Of a stretch of DNA of 64,000 nucleotides, positions 35,921 through 45,167 are shown in pieces; position 1 is the first letter of the stretch, and each line of letters starts with the position of its first letter. This DNA comes from Candidatus Latescibacterota bacterium. Its GTDB lineage: Bacteria; Latescibacterota; UBA2968. The DNA is taken from assembly GCA_965116885.1 (NCBI GenBank), contig OZ220741.1:64001-128000 (forward strand), written 5' to 3'. The translations under genes were made by a program, and so were the position numbers. Under the pieces are notes generated by a model. That model saw nothing but the letters and a program-made list of their open reading frames with translations. It searched no databases and had not been told where the DNA came from.

Positions 35921-37528
35921 CTAATCCGGGTAAAGCCACGGCACGCGGCTGATGAGATAATCGCGCTGTTCCTGCATCATCACCTCAATCACAGTAGGAC
36001 CTTCCAAACCCAGCGTATCCGCAAAAACCGCTTCAAAACGGTCTGGATCATCCACGCGAATACCCCTTGCCCCCAGAGACCGCGCGAGATCTGCAAGACG
36101 AGGCGTCTTCATATCTGTATCGATCACCCGACCATTAAAAGCCCTGGCCTGAGCGCCGCGAATCGCCGAAAGACTGCCATCATTGGAAACAACCGAAACC
36201 GTCCCAACACCGTGTTCAGCTGCAGTAGCGAGTTCGCTCGCCGTCATCTGAAACCCACCATCGCCACAAAACGCAATAACCAGCCGATCTGGACACGCGA
36301 GCTTCGCGCCAATAGCAGCGGGAACTGCAAAACCCAGCGTAACCGAATGACTGGGATAGAGAAACGTACGCGGAATAGCAATCGGATATTCGTCAAACGC
36401 GCGATACCCAATAGACGTAACATCCACCACAATAATCGCATCCTCTGGAAGCGAATTGCGCGTAACGCCCATAATAGGCACTGGCGCGCGATTGGACGCG
36501 GCCTCGGCCCGCGTGCGATCAATAAAATCGCCCCAATCAGCCGCATAACCAGCCGCTACCTCGGCGAGTTGGGGAATCGATTGCGCCAAATCGCCCGAAG
36601 CTCCCGCCTCAATCGGATACTCGCGCCCAAGCTCGCGCGGATCGGGATCGAGTTGAACCTTGAGATCCGGCAGAGGAAGCGACCAACTCCGCGTATCGAT
36701 CTGCGTAAAGCGACAGCCAATACCGAGCAGCAAATCCGCACTACCGAGAATAGTCTTACCCGCCTGAGCAGAACAATGCCCCACAGTCAGAGGATGACCA
36801 TCTGGCATAACCCCCTTCCCCAAACGGGAATAAACAACCGGAATATTGAGACCCTCTGCGAGAGAACAAAGCGCGTCGGTAGCATTGGCGTGAATAACCG
36901 CACTACCCGCCAGAATAGCCGGACGCTTCGCCGTGCGAAGCACTCGGGCCACGCGGTCAATATCCGCGCCATCGGGACACAGGCGATCCCCTTCAACCAC
37001 AGGTGGAATATCCGCCATACCCTCCTCTGCAGCCACATCAGTCGGCACTTCAATAACCGCAGGACCAGGACGCGGCGCGCGCAATGCTTTGAAAGCACCA
37101 ACGACCGCATCGGGAATTTCATCAATAGATTTGGGACGTGCAAAAAAGTGCGTAATTGACTTAAAAAAAGTCTCCTGATCCAAACCGTGAAAACACTTGG
37201 CGCGATCCCGCCCGTCAAAAGCCACCTCTGTCCCCCCGGTAATCAACAGCACGGGAACGCAATCCGTATGGGCATCCACCAGACCCGTAGAAGCATTTGT
37301 CGAACCGGGACCCGGAACAGTAAGCGCGACACCAACGCGCCCAGACGCACGCGCATACCCATTCGCAATCAGAGTCGCACCCTGTTCGTGGCGGATGAGC
37401 AAATGGCGAATCCCACCAGCGCGCAGCACCGCATCGTAAAGATGAATATTCTGATTGCCGGGCATACCTGTAAGCGTATCAACACCCTGCGCTTTCAGAC
37501 TTTGAATAAGAACATCGGCACCTGTCAT
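35921..37528 (-). CDS. Thiamine diphosphate-dependent enzyme (acetolactate synthase large subunit-like)
   Basis: MTGADVL, RHEQGA, GPGSTN, GDGGFQM...SND. Confidence 0.9.
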   Translation of the reverse strand: MTGADVLIQSLKAQGVDTLTGMPGNQNIHLYDAVLRAGGIRHLLIRHEQGATLIANGYARASGRVGVALTVPGPGSTNASTGLVDAHTDCVPVLLITGGTEVAFDGRDRAKCFHGLDQETFFKSITHFFARPKSIDEIPDAVVGAFKALRAPRPGPAVIEVPTDVAAEEGMADIPPVVEGDRLCPDGADIDRVARVLRTAKRPAILAGSAVIHANATDALCSLAEGLNIPVVYSRLGKGVMPDGHPLTVGHCSAQAGKTILGSADLLLGIGCRFTQIDTRSWSLPLPDLKVQLDPDPRELGREYPIEAGASGDLAQSIPQLAEVAAGYAADWGDFIDRTRAEAASNRAPVPIMGVTRNSLPEDAIIVVDVTSIGYRAFDEYPIAIPRTFLYPSHSVTLGFAVPAAIGAKLACPDRLVIAFCGDGGFQMTASELATAAEHGVGTVSVVSNDGSLSAIRGAQARAFNGRVIDTDMKTPRLADLARSLGARGIRVDDPDRFEAVFADTLGLEGPTVIEVMMQEQRDYLISRVPWLYPD

Positions 37529-37541
37529 AAAAAAATTCCTT

Positions 37542-38627
37542 TCAACGCACAAAAAGATCGAAATATTCTGCAGCAGTCTTATCCCAGGTAAACTCAGAAC
37601 GCACATAATCGCGGGCTTCGCGTTCTATTTCCTCGCGCTCTGTTGCGGGCAACTCAAAAAATGCGTGAATCTGATTGACAAACGCCTGGTAATCATTAGG
37701 CGGGATCAAATAACCGCCCTTGCTCACACTCTCCGTAAGCGCATCCACAGCAAAAGCAACAACAGGCGTGCCATCGTGCATACATTCGAGATGGGTAATG
37801 CCAAACCCTTCCACATCGTTGGGATAGGGCACATTGGGCATAATAAAAAGATCGGCTTCTCCTCTGATAAAACCCAATTCTCGATCGCTTAGATAAAGCA
37901 ACAACACCCGATCTCGAAGATCGTTTTCTTCCCAAATCTCGCGAATGCGCTCGGCATCTGGCCCAGAACCGCTCACGATCAGTTTGATATCTCGATTGAG
38001 CAAAGGCACGCCGCATGCCAAAAATTTGGCCACACCTTTGCGGGGCACCTGCCTGCCAAAATTCAAAACAATCTTATCCCGTCCAAATTGAACACTGTGT
38101 TCGGCTTCAAATCGCGCTTTGAGAGCCTCGCGCTGCGCCCTGGAAATACTGGGCGGATCGATACCGAGATAAATAATATCAATTTTTTCAGCGGGCACAC
38201 CTGCCTGAATACTAACTGTCCTGGTAATTTGACTGATAACAGCCACCCTGTCACAAAACGAAACCCCAAAGCGCATCATGCGGCTAAATATTGGGTTGGA
38301 AAACGTCATCTCCAAACCGTAAATAGTCACCACAAAACGCATGCGCGTGAACAACCTCAAAAATGGCGCAATAGAACAAATCACGCCATCGCTAAAATAA
38401 ATCGCATCAACCCGCCTGAAAAGAACACAAAAAAAAGAAACAAAAAACGCATAAGGCACGAACCAGATCAGATGCAAAAGCGAATCTCTACCCAGTGCGA
38501 CCAGTCTGACCGAACACATCTCAATCAAACGATGATAGAGATTATAACAATGCGTCTGAATACCGCCCACGCTGGGCGGATAGCGACGCGCGAGAAAAAG
38601 GATGCGGAAGTTGTTTTTAGAAGACAT
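37542..38627 (-). CDS. GT4 family glycosyltransferase
   Basis: YPPSVGGIQ, GRQVPRKG, EGFGITHLE...GTPVVA. Confidence 0.9.
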   Translation of the reverse strand: MSSKNNFRILFLARRYPPSVGGIQTHCYNLYHRLIEMCSVRLVALGRDSLLHLIWFVPYAFFVSFFCVLFRRVDAIYFSDGVICSIAPFLRLFTRMRFVVTIYGLEMTFSNPIFSRMMRFGVSFCDRVAVISQITRTVSIQAGVPAEKIDIIYLGIDPPSISRAQREALKARFEAEHSVQFGRDKIVLNFGRQVPRKGVAKFLACGVPLLNRDIKLIVSGSGPDAERIREIWEENDLRDRVLLLYLSDRELGFIRGEADLFIMPNVPYPNDVEGFGITHLECMHDGTPVVAFAVDALTESVSKGGYLIPPNDYQAFVNQIHAFFELPATEREEIEREARDYVRSEFTWDKTAAEYFDLFVR

Positions 38628-38629
38628 AA

Positions 38630-39685
38630 CTATGCAATATCCGCCTGCTCACTGCGCTGGACGAGTTCTCGTTCGGCTCGCTCGCGGTCCGCTGCGTTTT
38701 CAAGCGGAATAACAGTCGCACCGGGACGGGGTTTGGGATACAAAATGCGACTGGCACCAGCATGGTTCATAGCCTCAACAACGGGTTTCGTATCGCATGC
38801 AAGCGCGATAATAGTACCACCACCCCCCGCGCCAGCGAGCTTTGCGCCCAGTGCGCCGCCATCCAATGCAGCCTGAATCAGCCGCTCATTTTCCGGACCA
38901 GACCCGCCCAGATCGCGCTGAATCTCGTGGTTCTCTATCATCAGCGCGCCCAGATGCGCCCAATCTTTGGCGAGAATCGCGCGTTTGCCCATACGCGCCA
39001 GATGGGCAATCCGCAAATAGCAACGCCTGACCTCTCGATCGCCCTCTAACCAGCGCTCTCGAATCGGCAGATGAACAGTACCCGACGAGCGCTGGACACC
39101 CGTATGTCCCAGCACAAAGGGATAATCCCCAACGTATTCGTGGAGCGGTTCAACAGTCGCATAAGGTTCATCGCCAAATGCGCGATAAAACTGCTTGCCA
39201 TTAAAATCCATATAATTCAAACCGCCAAACATGCACATATACGCATCTTGGTACCCGCATAACGCCATATAGTTCAATTCAATATGCCGCGCCATCTCAG
39301 CGCAAAAAAACGGATGCTCATCGCGTCCCAGAAATGCAAAAATCGCGTTGAGAATAGACACACTCATAGCTGACGAACTGGAAAGCCCGGCGGCAAAGGG
39401 CACATTGCAGGCCCAGCGCAGAGCAAATTTTGCACTGCCGAGATCCAAAAAATGGACAATGGCCCTGGCCACATCAAAATAGTCGCCATCCGGATACAAA
39501 TCTTCGGGGCGATGCACTTCAAAGCGTTGCCCGGCAACCTCAAAACTAAGCACATCGGACGGCTCAATCAAAACCGCGGCGCGTTCCTGCGTTGAACACG
39601 AAATAACGCTACCGCCGTACATATCGGTGGGATTGCCAATAATGCCACACCGCCCTGGGGCAGTGGAAAAAAACGCATGCGTCAT
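38630..39685 (-). CDS. GHMP family sugar kinase (glucuronokinase-like)
   Basis: APGRCGIIGNPTD, PFAAGLSSSSA, GYQD, GAKLAGAGGGG. Confidence 0.85.
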   Translation of the reverse strand: MTHAFFSTAPGRCGIIGNPTDMYGGSVISCSTQERAAVLIEPSDVLSFEVAGQRFEVHRPEDLYPDGDYFDVARAIVHFLDLGSAKFALRWACNVPFAAGLSSSSAMSVSILNAIFAFLGRDEHPFFCAEMARHIELNYMALCGYQDAYMCMFGGLNYMDFNGKQFYRAFGDEPYATVEPLHEYVGDYPFVLGHTGVQRSSGTVHLPIRERWLEGDREVRRCYLRIAHLARMGKRAILAKDWAHLGALMIENHEIQRDLGGSGPENERLIQAALDGGALGAKLAGAGGGGTIIALACDTKPVVEAMNHAGASRILYPKPRPGATVIPLENAADRERAERELVQRSEQADIA

Positions 39686-40605
39686 TAGAATTGTCTCAAG
39701 CGCTTTTGCAGGTACTGGCGAAGAAGGTACCCATAGCGCTGATCAAAGAGGGTAAAATCGATGAAAGATTTAAAATACGATTCAAAATCGCCGATATCAT
39801 AGCGCAATTCTTCGGGATACAACTTGATACAGCGAACAGGGTGCCCCATTTTGATAAGCGTCGAAATCGCATCTGTAAGCTCGAGCTTGCCCCTGTAACT
39901 GGGAGATGTGCGTTTGAGAGCGGTAAAAATTTCGGGATTAAAAACATAACGCGCGGCCACGCCGAGATTGCTCGGTGCATTTTCCGGCGCGGGCTTCTCC
40001 ACAATATGCGCGATTTCAAAATCGTCTTCAGGCTCGCCATTCACAGGCTCGACAATACCATACTGGTTTTCTTCGCCCCGGGGCACTTCGACAACCGCAA
40101 TAGTACAACTGGACCCATTTTCTCGGTGCGATTTGATCATCCGCCGCACGAGACCCGCATGATTGCCCGACTTTATAATCGTATCGCCAAACGCAACCAC
40201 AAAAGGCTCGCCTGCAACAAAATCCTCAGCCCTGCCAATGGCATCCCCTATACCCCCGGGCGTAATATGCCCGGTGGGAATAATTTGTCGCGTATAAAAA
40301 AATTTAACCCCTTCTTTTTCATAATCAAGCTCATCGAGTGTGTGATCGCTCTCCGAGAGATAATTTTGCAATTCCGGATCCCGGTCAAAGTGATCTTCTA
40401 TCGTTCGCTTATCCTTTCCCGTCACAAAGAGTATCTTTTTTAACCCTTGCTCAACCACCTCTTCAACCACATACTGAACCACGGGTTTTCGCCCCACGGG
40501 CAACATCTCTTTGGGCTGAGATTTGGTCGCTGGTAACAGACTCGTGCCCAATCCAGCAACCGGAATAACGACTTTTTCAATCTCCATAGCGCGATGCTCC
40601 TCCAA
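39685..40605 (-). CDS. galU: UTP-glucose-1-phosphate uridylyltransferase-like protein (GalU/GalF family)
   Basis: VIPVAGLGTSLLPATK..PKEMLP, IEDHFD, VEKP, ELTDAI, RYDIG; alternative start 40587. Confidence 0.85.
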   Translation of the reverse strand: MEEHRAMEIEKVVIPVAGLGTSLLPATKSQPKEMLPVGRKPVVQYVVEEVVEQGLKKILFVTGKDKRTIEDHFDRDPELQNYLSESDHTLDELDYEKEGVKFFYTRQIIPTGHITPGGIGDAIGRAEDFVAGEPFVVAFGDTIIKSGNHAGLVRRMIKSHRENGSSCTIAVVEVPRGEENQYGIVEPVNGEPEDDFEIAHIVEKPAPENAPSNLGVAARYVFNPEIFTALKRTSPSYRGKLELTDAISTLIKMGHPVRCIKLYPEELRYDIGDFESYFKSFIDFTLFDQRYGYLLRQYLQKRLRQF

Positions 40606-40616
40606 ATGCCAAATGC

Positions 40617-40645
40617 TTGACAGAGTGCAATTTGTCCCTTAGAAT
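40617..40645 (+). promoter_or_regulatory. Sigma-70 promoter for the TauD operon
   Basis: TTGACA-17 bp-TAGAAT. Confidence 0.75.
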
Positions 40646-40703
40646 ATCAATCAAAATAACGGTAGAGCCTTGTAGAACGCAAGGTAAAAGCTGAGAACTT
40701 ATC

Positions 40704-41651
40704 ATGTTAAACAAACAAATAACAGATTCCCGCGCGTGGACTGCTGAAACAATTGATGCGCCTTCTGAATGGTATTACACATTATCCGAACGCTATTTGT
40801 CTGCATTGAACAGCGAAGTGCGGAAAGCGGACGCAATATTTGATCTCCGCGCTTCCGATACCATCGCCTGTGCGCCGTGTCTCCAGCCCGTTCTGGACGC
40901 ATTGCAAACCGGGCGCGGATTTGCCATCATCGAGCGCTTGCCCGTAGAATATTACACGCGGGACCAGGCGCGAGCCGCATATTGGATGATCGGACAGTGT
41001 TTGGGCGTACCCTTTGAACAAAATATCGAGGGCACACTACTATACGACGTACGGGACACCGGGCGAGATGTAAAATCGGGCGCGCGTTTTTCTGTAACCA
41101 ATGCAGAAAGTTCGTTTCACACAGATGGCGCATTCGGAACGCAAGTACCTGAAATAGTCGGCCTGTTATGTATCAAAACCGCGCGGTCGGGTGGGCGCAG
41201 TCAACTGATCAGTTCCTATGCAGTACACAATATATTACACCAACAAGCGCCCAATGTTCTAAACGCGCTCTACTCATCTTTCTATTTTGACCGACGCGGA
41301 CAATATCTCCCGGGCGAAGCACCTGTAAAAAAGACCCCTGTTTTTTCCTGGGATAAACAAACACTAATGATGCGCTACCTGCATTATTATATCCAGATGG
41401 GACATCGAGAAGCAGGAGTGCCACTCACATTAGAACAAGAGCGCGCACTACAAGCCATAGAAGACGTATTAAAACGTCCCGAAATGCGTGTGGAATTTGA
41501 TCTCGCACCCGGACAAATGCTATTTACCAACAACAACTGGATCCTGCACAATCGAACGGCTTTTGAAGATGACGAGCAGAAACGCCACTATGTGCGACTG
41601 TGGTTGATGCAAAAGGACAATGTAGATGGCTGCACTGAGAACCGCGATTGA
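40704..41651 (+). CDS. TauD/TfdA family dioxygenase
   Basis: FHTDG, GLLC, SGGRS, NNWILHNRTAF, RHYVRLW. Confidence 0.9.
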   Translation: MLNKQITDSRAWTAETIDAPSEWYYTLSERYLSALNSEVRKADAIFDLRASDTIACAPCLQPVLDALQTGRGFAIIERLPVEYYTRDQARAAYWMIGQCLGVPFEQNIEGTLLYDVRDTGRDVKSGARFSVTNAESSFHTDGAFGTQVPEIVGLLCIKTARSGGRSQLISSYAVHNILHQQAPNVLNALYSSFYFDRRGQYLPGEAPVKKTPVFSWDKQTLMMRYLHYYIQMGHREAGVPLTLEQERALQAIEDVLKRPEMRVEFDLAPGQMLFTNNNWILHNRTAFEDDEQKRHYVRLWLMQKDNVDGCTENRD

Positions 41652-42750
41652 AGATCGCAAAAGCCGGTGGCAGATCAGTCTGTTGTTGGGCGAGCAGGCT
41701 GTCAGTGGTCTCGGTGTGGTAAAAAAACACATGCAGATCGATTCCGCTGTTGTGAAAATGGGTGGTATTGCTGGTGTATGGACGGATATCAATCATCGCC
41801 GGAAAGGATATGCCAGTCAGGCCATGTGGGAATCGATTGCATTGATGGAGCGCCAGAACTGCGACATGAGCATTTTGTTTGGCATTGACGATTTTTACCA
41901 TCGATATGGGTATGCCGTGGTATTTGCCAATCAGTCTATGAGTTTGAAAACATCGCAATTATTATCGCTGAACGACCCTTTGAAAGCGCGGAGAGGGCGC
42001 AGGGCTGATCACGAGGCAATGCGCCGATTGTACAGAAATTACAATGCCGCGCGCTCAGGCATGGACGCACGTCAAAAGAACTGGAAGCCGAGATGGTATA
42101 TGCCAAATCTGGGCAAAGATACGGTTCGCCGTGCGGGAAAATTTCTGGTAGTGTGTGACGCTCGGGACCGGGTGTGTGGATATGCAGTTTACGACATACA
42201 AGCGGAGCGCACTGTGGTAACAGAAGTGTGCGGAAAGGACCGCGAAGCACTTGCCTCTGTTGGGAAAACCATCGCAAGACGAGCAAAACGTGCAGGCGCT
42301 GAAGAAGTACTCTTTCATCTGCCTTGCGATGATCCATTTATCTCGCTATGCATACCCCTGGGATGTGCGTGTTTGATTGCGTATCCGTTTAATCAAAGCG
42401 CAATGGGACGCATTATCCACCTAAATCGTCTGATGAAAAAATTGCTGCCCGTACTCCAAAAACGATGGGCGCATTCAGAATTGAATTGGACAGGTGAATT
42501 TGCCATTGATACGGACATTGGGCGCGTGGGCTTCGAGATCTCCGAGTCGGATATTGTCATGGCCGATGTTGGTGGCCGTGCCCAGGTGTCAATGTCTCAA
42601 ATGGCGTTGACCCAACTGGTAATGGGGTATCGACAGGTGATGGACATTGCTTATAATGATGAAATAAAAATAGCCAGACAACTGCTACCCGTGCTGGATA
42701 TCCTATTTCCCAAAGGCAATCCGTATATGTGGTGGACAGATCGATTTTAG
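41626..42750 (+). CDS. GNAT acetyltransferase, Eis-like
   Basis: GGIAGVWT...HRRKGYA, LFGIDDFYHRYGY; Eis-type C-terminal LTQLVMGYR. Confidence 0.85.
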   Translation: MAALRTAIEDRKSRWQISLLLGEQAVSGLGVVKKHMQIDSAVVKMGGIAGVWTDINHRRKGYASQAMWESIALMERQNCDMSILFGIDDFYHRYGYAVVFANQSMSLKTSQLLSLNDPLKARRGRRADHEAMRRLYRNYNAARSGMDARQKNWKPRWYMPNLGKDTVRRAGKFLVVCDARDRVCGYAVYDIQAERTVVTEVCGKDREALASVGKTIARRAKRAGAEEVLFHLPCDDPFISLCIPLGCACLIAYPFNQSAMGRIIHLNRLMKKLLPVLQKRWAHSELNWTGEFAIDTDIGRVGFEISESDIVMADVGGRAQVSMSQMALTQLVMGYRQVMDIAYNDEIKIARQLLPVLDILFPKGNPYMWWTDRF

Positions 42751-42768
42751 TTAAGAAAGGAGAGAGCA

Positions 42769-43653
42769 ATGTCAACCTTCACAGTCGGCTTACTGAGTCC
42801 CGGAGACATGGGACACGTCGTTGGCCAAGTGGCGATTGCCAATGGCGCCCGGGTAATAACCTGCCTGAATGGCCGCAGTGAGCGCACGCGCAAACTCGCA
42901 GAAATAGCGGGAATCGAAGACGTACCCACATATTCCGACCTCGTGCGCGAAGCTTCACTCGTAATATGCATTCTCGTCCCCGCAGCAGCCGAATCGGTAG
43001 CCACTCGCGTGGCTGACGCCCTGAAAGAAACGAATGAACAAATTGTATATACCGATTGCAATGCAATAGCGCCTGCAACAACTGTACGCATTGGTAAAAC
43101 AATAGAAAACGCGGGCAGTGTATTTGTCGATGCGGGTATTATCGGCGGACCGCCGCGCCAGCCTGGAGGCACGCGGTTTTACTGTTCTGGCCCAGACACA
43201 TCGGTCTTTGAAAAACTGAACGACTACGGGCTGGACGCGCGAAAAGTCGGCGATGAAATCGGGCAGGCGTCGGGCTTGAAAATGTGCTATGCCGCGCAGA
43301 CCAAAGGGACGACCGCGCTACAAACGGAATTGCTCATCGCCGCGCGGCGCATGGGCCTGTACGATGGATTGATCGCAGAGTGGGAAATGAGTCAGCAAGA
43401 CAGGTTGGCGGGCATGGAGCGGGGCTTGCCGGGAATGCCGACCAAAGCAAAGCGGTGGATAGGTGAAATGGAAGAAATCGCCAAAACCTTCGGCGATCTG
43501 GGACTCACGCCAAAAATATACGAAGGCGCCGCAGACATGTACCGCCTCGTCAGCGAAACACCACTGGCAGACGAAGCACCTGAAACGCGAGATAGAAACC
43601 GAACACTCGCGCAGGTCATCGATATCTTTGCCGAGCAATCAAAGGGTAAATAG
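42769..43653 (+). CDS. NAD(P)-dependent oxidoreductase (beta-hydroxyacid dehydrogenase-like, DUF1932 C-terminus)
   Basis: GLLSPGDMG, DCNAIAP, DAGIIGGPP, ASGLKMCYA, RWIGEMEEIA. Confidence 0.85.
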   Translation: MSTFTVGLLSPGDMGHVVGQVAIANGARVITCLNGRSERTRKLAEIAGIEDVPTYSDLVREASLVICILVPAAAESVATRVADALKETNEQIVYTDCNAIAPATTVRIGKTIENAGSVFVDAGIIGGPPRQPGGTRFYCSGPDTSVFEKLNDYGLDARKVGDEIGQASGLKMCYAAQTKGTTALQTELLIAARRMGLYDGLIAEWEMSQQDRLAGMERGLPGMPTKAKRWIGEMEEIAKTFGDLGLTPKIYEGAADMYRLVSETPLADEAPETRDRNRTLAQVIDIFAEQSKGK

Positions 43654-43655
43654 AT

Positions 43656-43877
43656 TTAAAGACTATTAATAATGGGCAGTTCATCACCGTGACGCAACGC
43701 AGAGAGAATCCAATCTTGAAGTGCCGAATCAAGTTCCTGGCGGCATTCTTCGAGTGTCTGTCCAAAAGCAATCGTACCTGGACATTTGGGAATTTCGCCA
43801 GAGAATGAGTTATCATCCAACTCTTCATAGATGGCGTATGTTAATGCCGCATTGATGTAGTCTTGAACCATCCTCAT
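43656..43877 (-). CDS. hicB: HicB family antitoxin (no adjacent HicA seen)
   Basis: FSGEIPKCPGTIAFGQTLEECRQEL...W...L..GDELP. Confidence 0.82.
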   Translation of the reverse strand: MRMVQDYINAALTYAIYEELDDNSFSGEIPKCPGTIAFGQTLEECRQELDSALQDWILSALRHGDELPIINSL

Positions 43878-44006
43878 CTCCTTTGAAGTGTTTGGTAAGT
43901 TTACGCGATTTGTGAAGTGATAGCAAGGAATATCCCTTCTCCTATCAAATGTAGAAGGGGATTTTATTTTTTATTTATTTTTTATAAACATATGCCCAAT
44001 GGTAAA

Positions 44007-44035
44007 TTGACTTTTCGATTGTGACAAGCTATATT
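44007..44035 (+). promoter_or_regulatory. Sigma-70 promoter
   Basis: TTGACT-17 bp-TATATT upstream of the Zn-dehydrogenase gene. Confidence 0.7.
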
Positions 44036-44080
44036 ACGCGTTCTAAAAAATAGTGGGTAAATTTAAACCGGGAGATGTAA

Positions 44081-45124
44081 GTGAAAGCAGCACAAATCGT
44101 CGCACCCAGACGCATTGTGGTCGTCGAAACAGACGAACCACAACTCCTGGGTGCCGGGCAAGTAAAAATTCAACTTGAACGGGCGTGTCTTTGCGGTTCA
44201 GACGTGCCATTATGGGATTACGACCACAACGAACTGGCAGAAAGGGCGCGACTCAACCCGCGCAAAGCAAAACGCGCACCATTTGTCGATTACGTCAACG
44301 GAGACCCGTATCCCCTGCGCGTTGGCCTCTCAATTCACGAATGCCTGGGCACAGTCGTTGAATCGACATCTGACCAATTTCAAACCGGCGATTTTGTCCT
44401 TGCACTACCCGATGCACAAAAGGGATTGTGCGAATATATTTGCGCTCCCGATAGCCGAACCATTCCACTGCCCAAAGGAATTGTCCCCGACGAACAAATT
44501 CTGATGACACAACCCCTGGGCACAGTCGTATGGGCGTGTCAAAAACTCGGCAACATCGTCGATAGTGATGTGGCAATTGTCGGACAAGGCCCTATGGGAT
44601 TGATGTTCACGCGCATGCTGGCCAATCTGGGCGCGCGAACCGTAATTGGACTCGACAAATTGGATTACCGCTTACACACCGCAAAAAAAATGCACGCAAC
44701 CCATACCGTCAACGTCGATAAAGACGATCCTGTAGAAACCATCCGCGAGATCACAAACGGCAAAATGGCGGACCTGGTAGTCGAAGCAGTCGGTCACCAG
44801 ACAAAAACGCTCAATTCGTGCATGAAACTCGTGCGCCACATGGGCACACTGCTGTGCTTTGGCGTACCCGACGATGCGTATTACCCATTTGCATATCCCG
44901 AATTTTTCAGATTAAATCTCAACCTGATCTCCACAGTTGGTCCCAATGTAGTGCCCAACTTTTCCCTTGCCCGCGACCTGATCGCACAAGGACGTGTTGA
45001 CATGGCACCTCTGGTAACGCATGTATTGCCCTTTGAAGAGATTCAGCACGGGTATGAGTTATTTACCGATCGCCTTGACGGGGCCATTAAAGTGGTTATC
45101 GATTACAATTCGCTGCGAACCTGA
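44081..45124 (+). CDS. Zinc-binding medium-chain dehydrogenase
   Basis: CLCGSD, HECLG, GQGPMG, AIKVVI. Confidence 0.88.
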   Translation: MKAAQIVAPRRIVVVETDEPQLLGAGQVKIQLERACLCGSDVPLWDYDHNELAERARLNPRKAKRAPFVDYVNGDPYPLRVGLSIHECLGTVVESTSDQFQTGDFVLALPDAQKGLCEYICAPDSRTIPLPKGIVPDEQILMTQPLGTVVWACQKLGNIVDSDVAIVGQGPMGLMFTRMLANLGARTVIGLDKLDYRLHTAKKMHATHTVNVDKDDPVETIREITNGKMADLVVEAVGHQTKTLNSCMKLVRHMGTLLCFGVPDDAYYPFAYPEFFRLNLNLISTVGPNVVPNFSLARDLIAQGRVDMAPLVTHVLPFEEIQHGYELFTDRLDGAIKVVIDYNSLRT

Positions 45125-45167
45125 CCAGCGGGATAACTTTGACAAATACAAAAGGAGGTTTTTGCCT

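Noticed and set aside
33650..37159. Long + strand ORFs (425 aa at 33650-34927; 525 aa at 35582-37159)
   Set aside because: Antisense shadows of PBP1A and the ThDP enzyme. Their Arg/His-rich composition follows from the third-position bias of the real genes, and they show no recognisable motifs.
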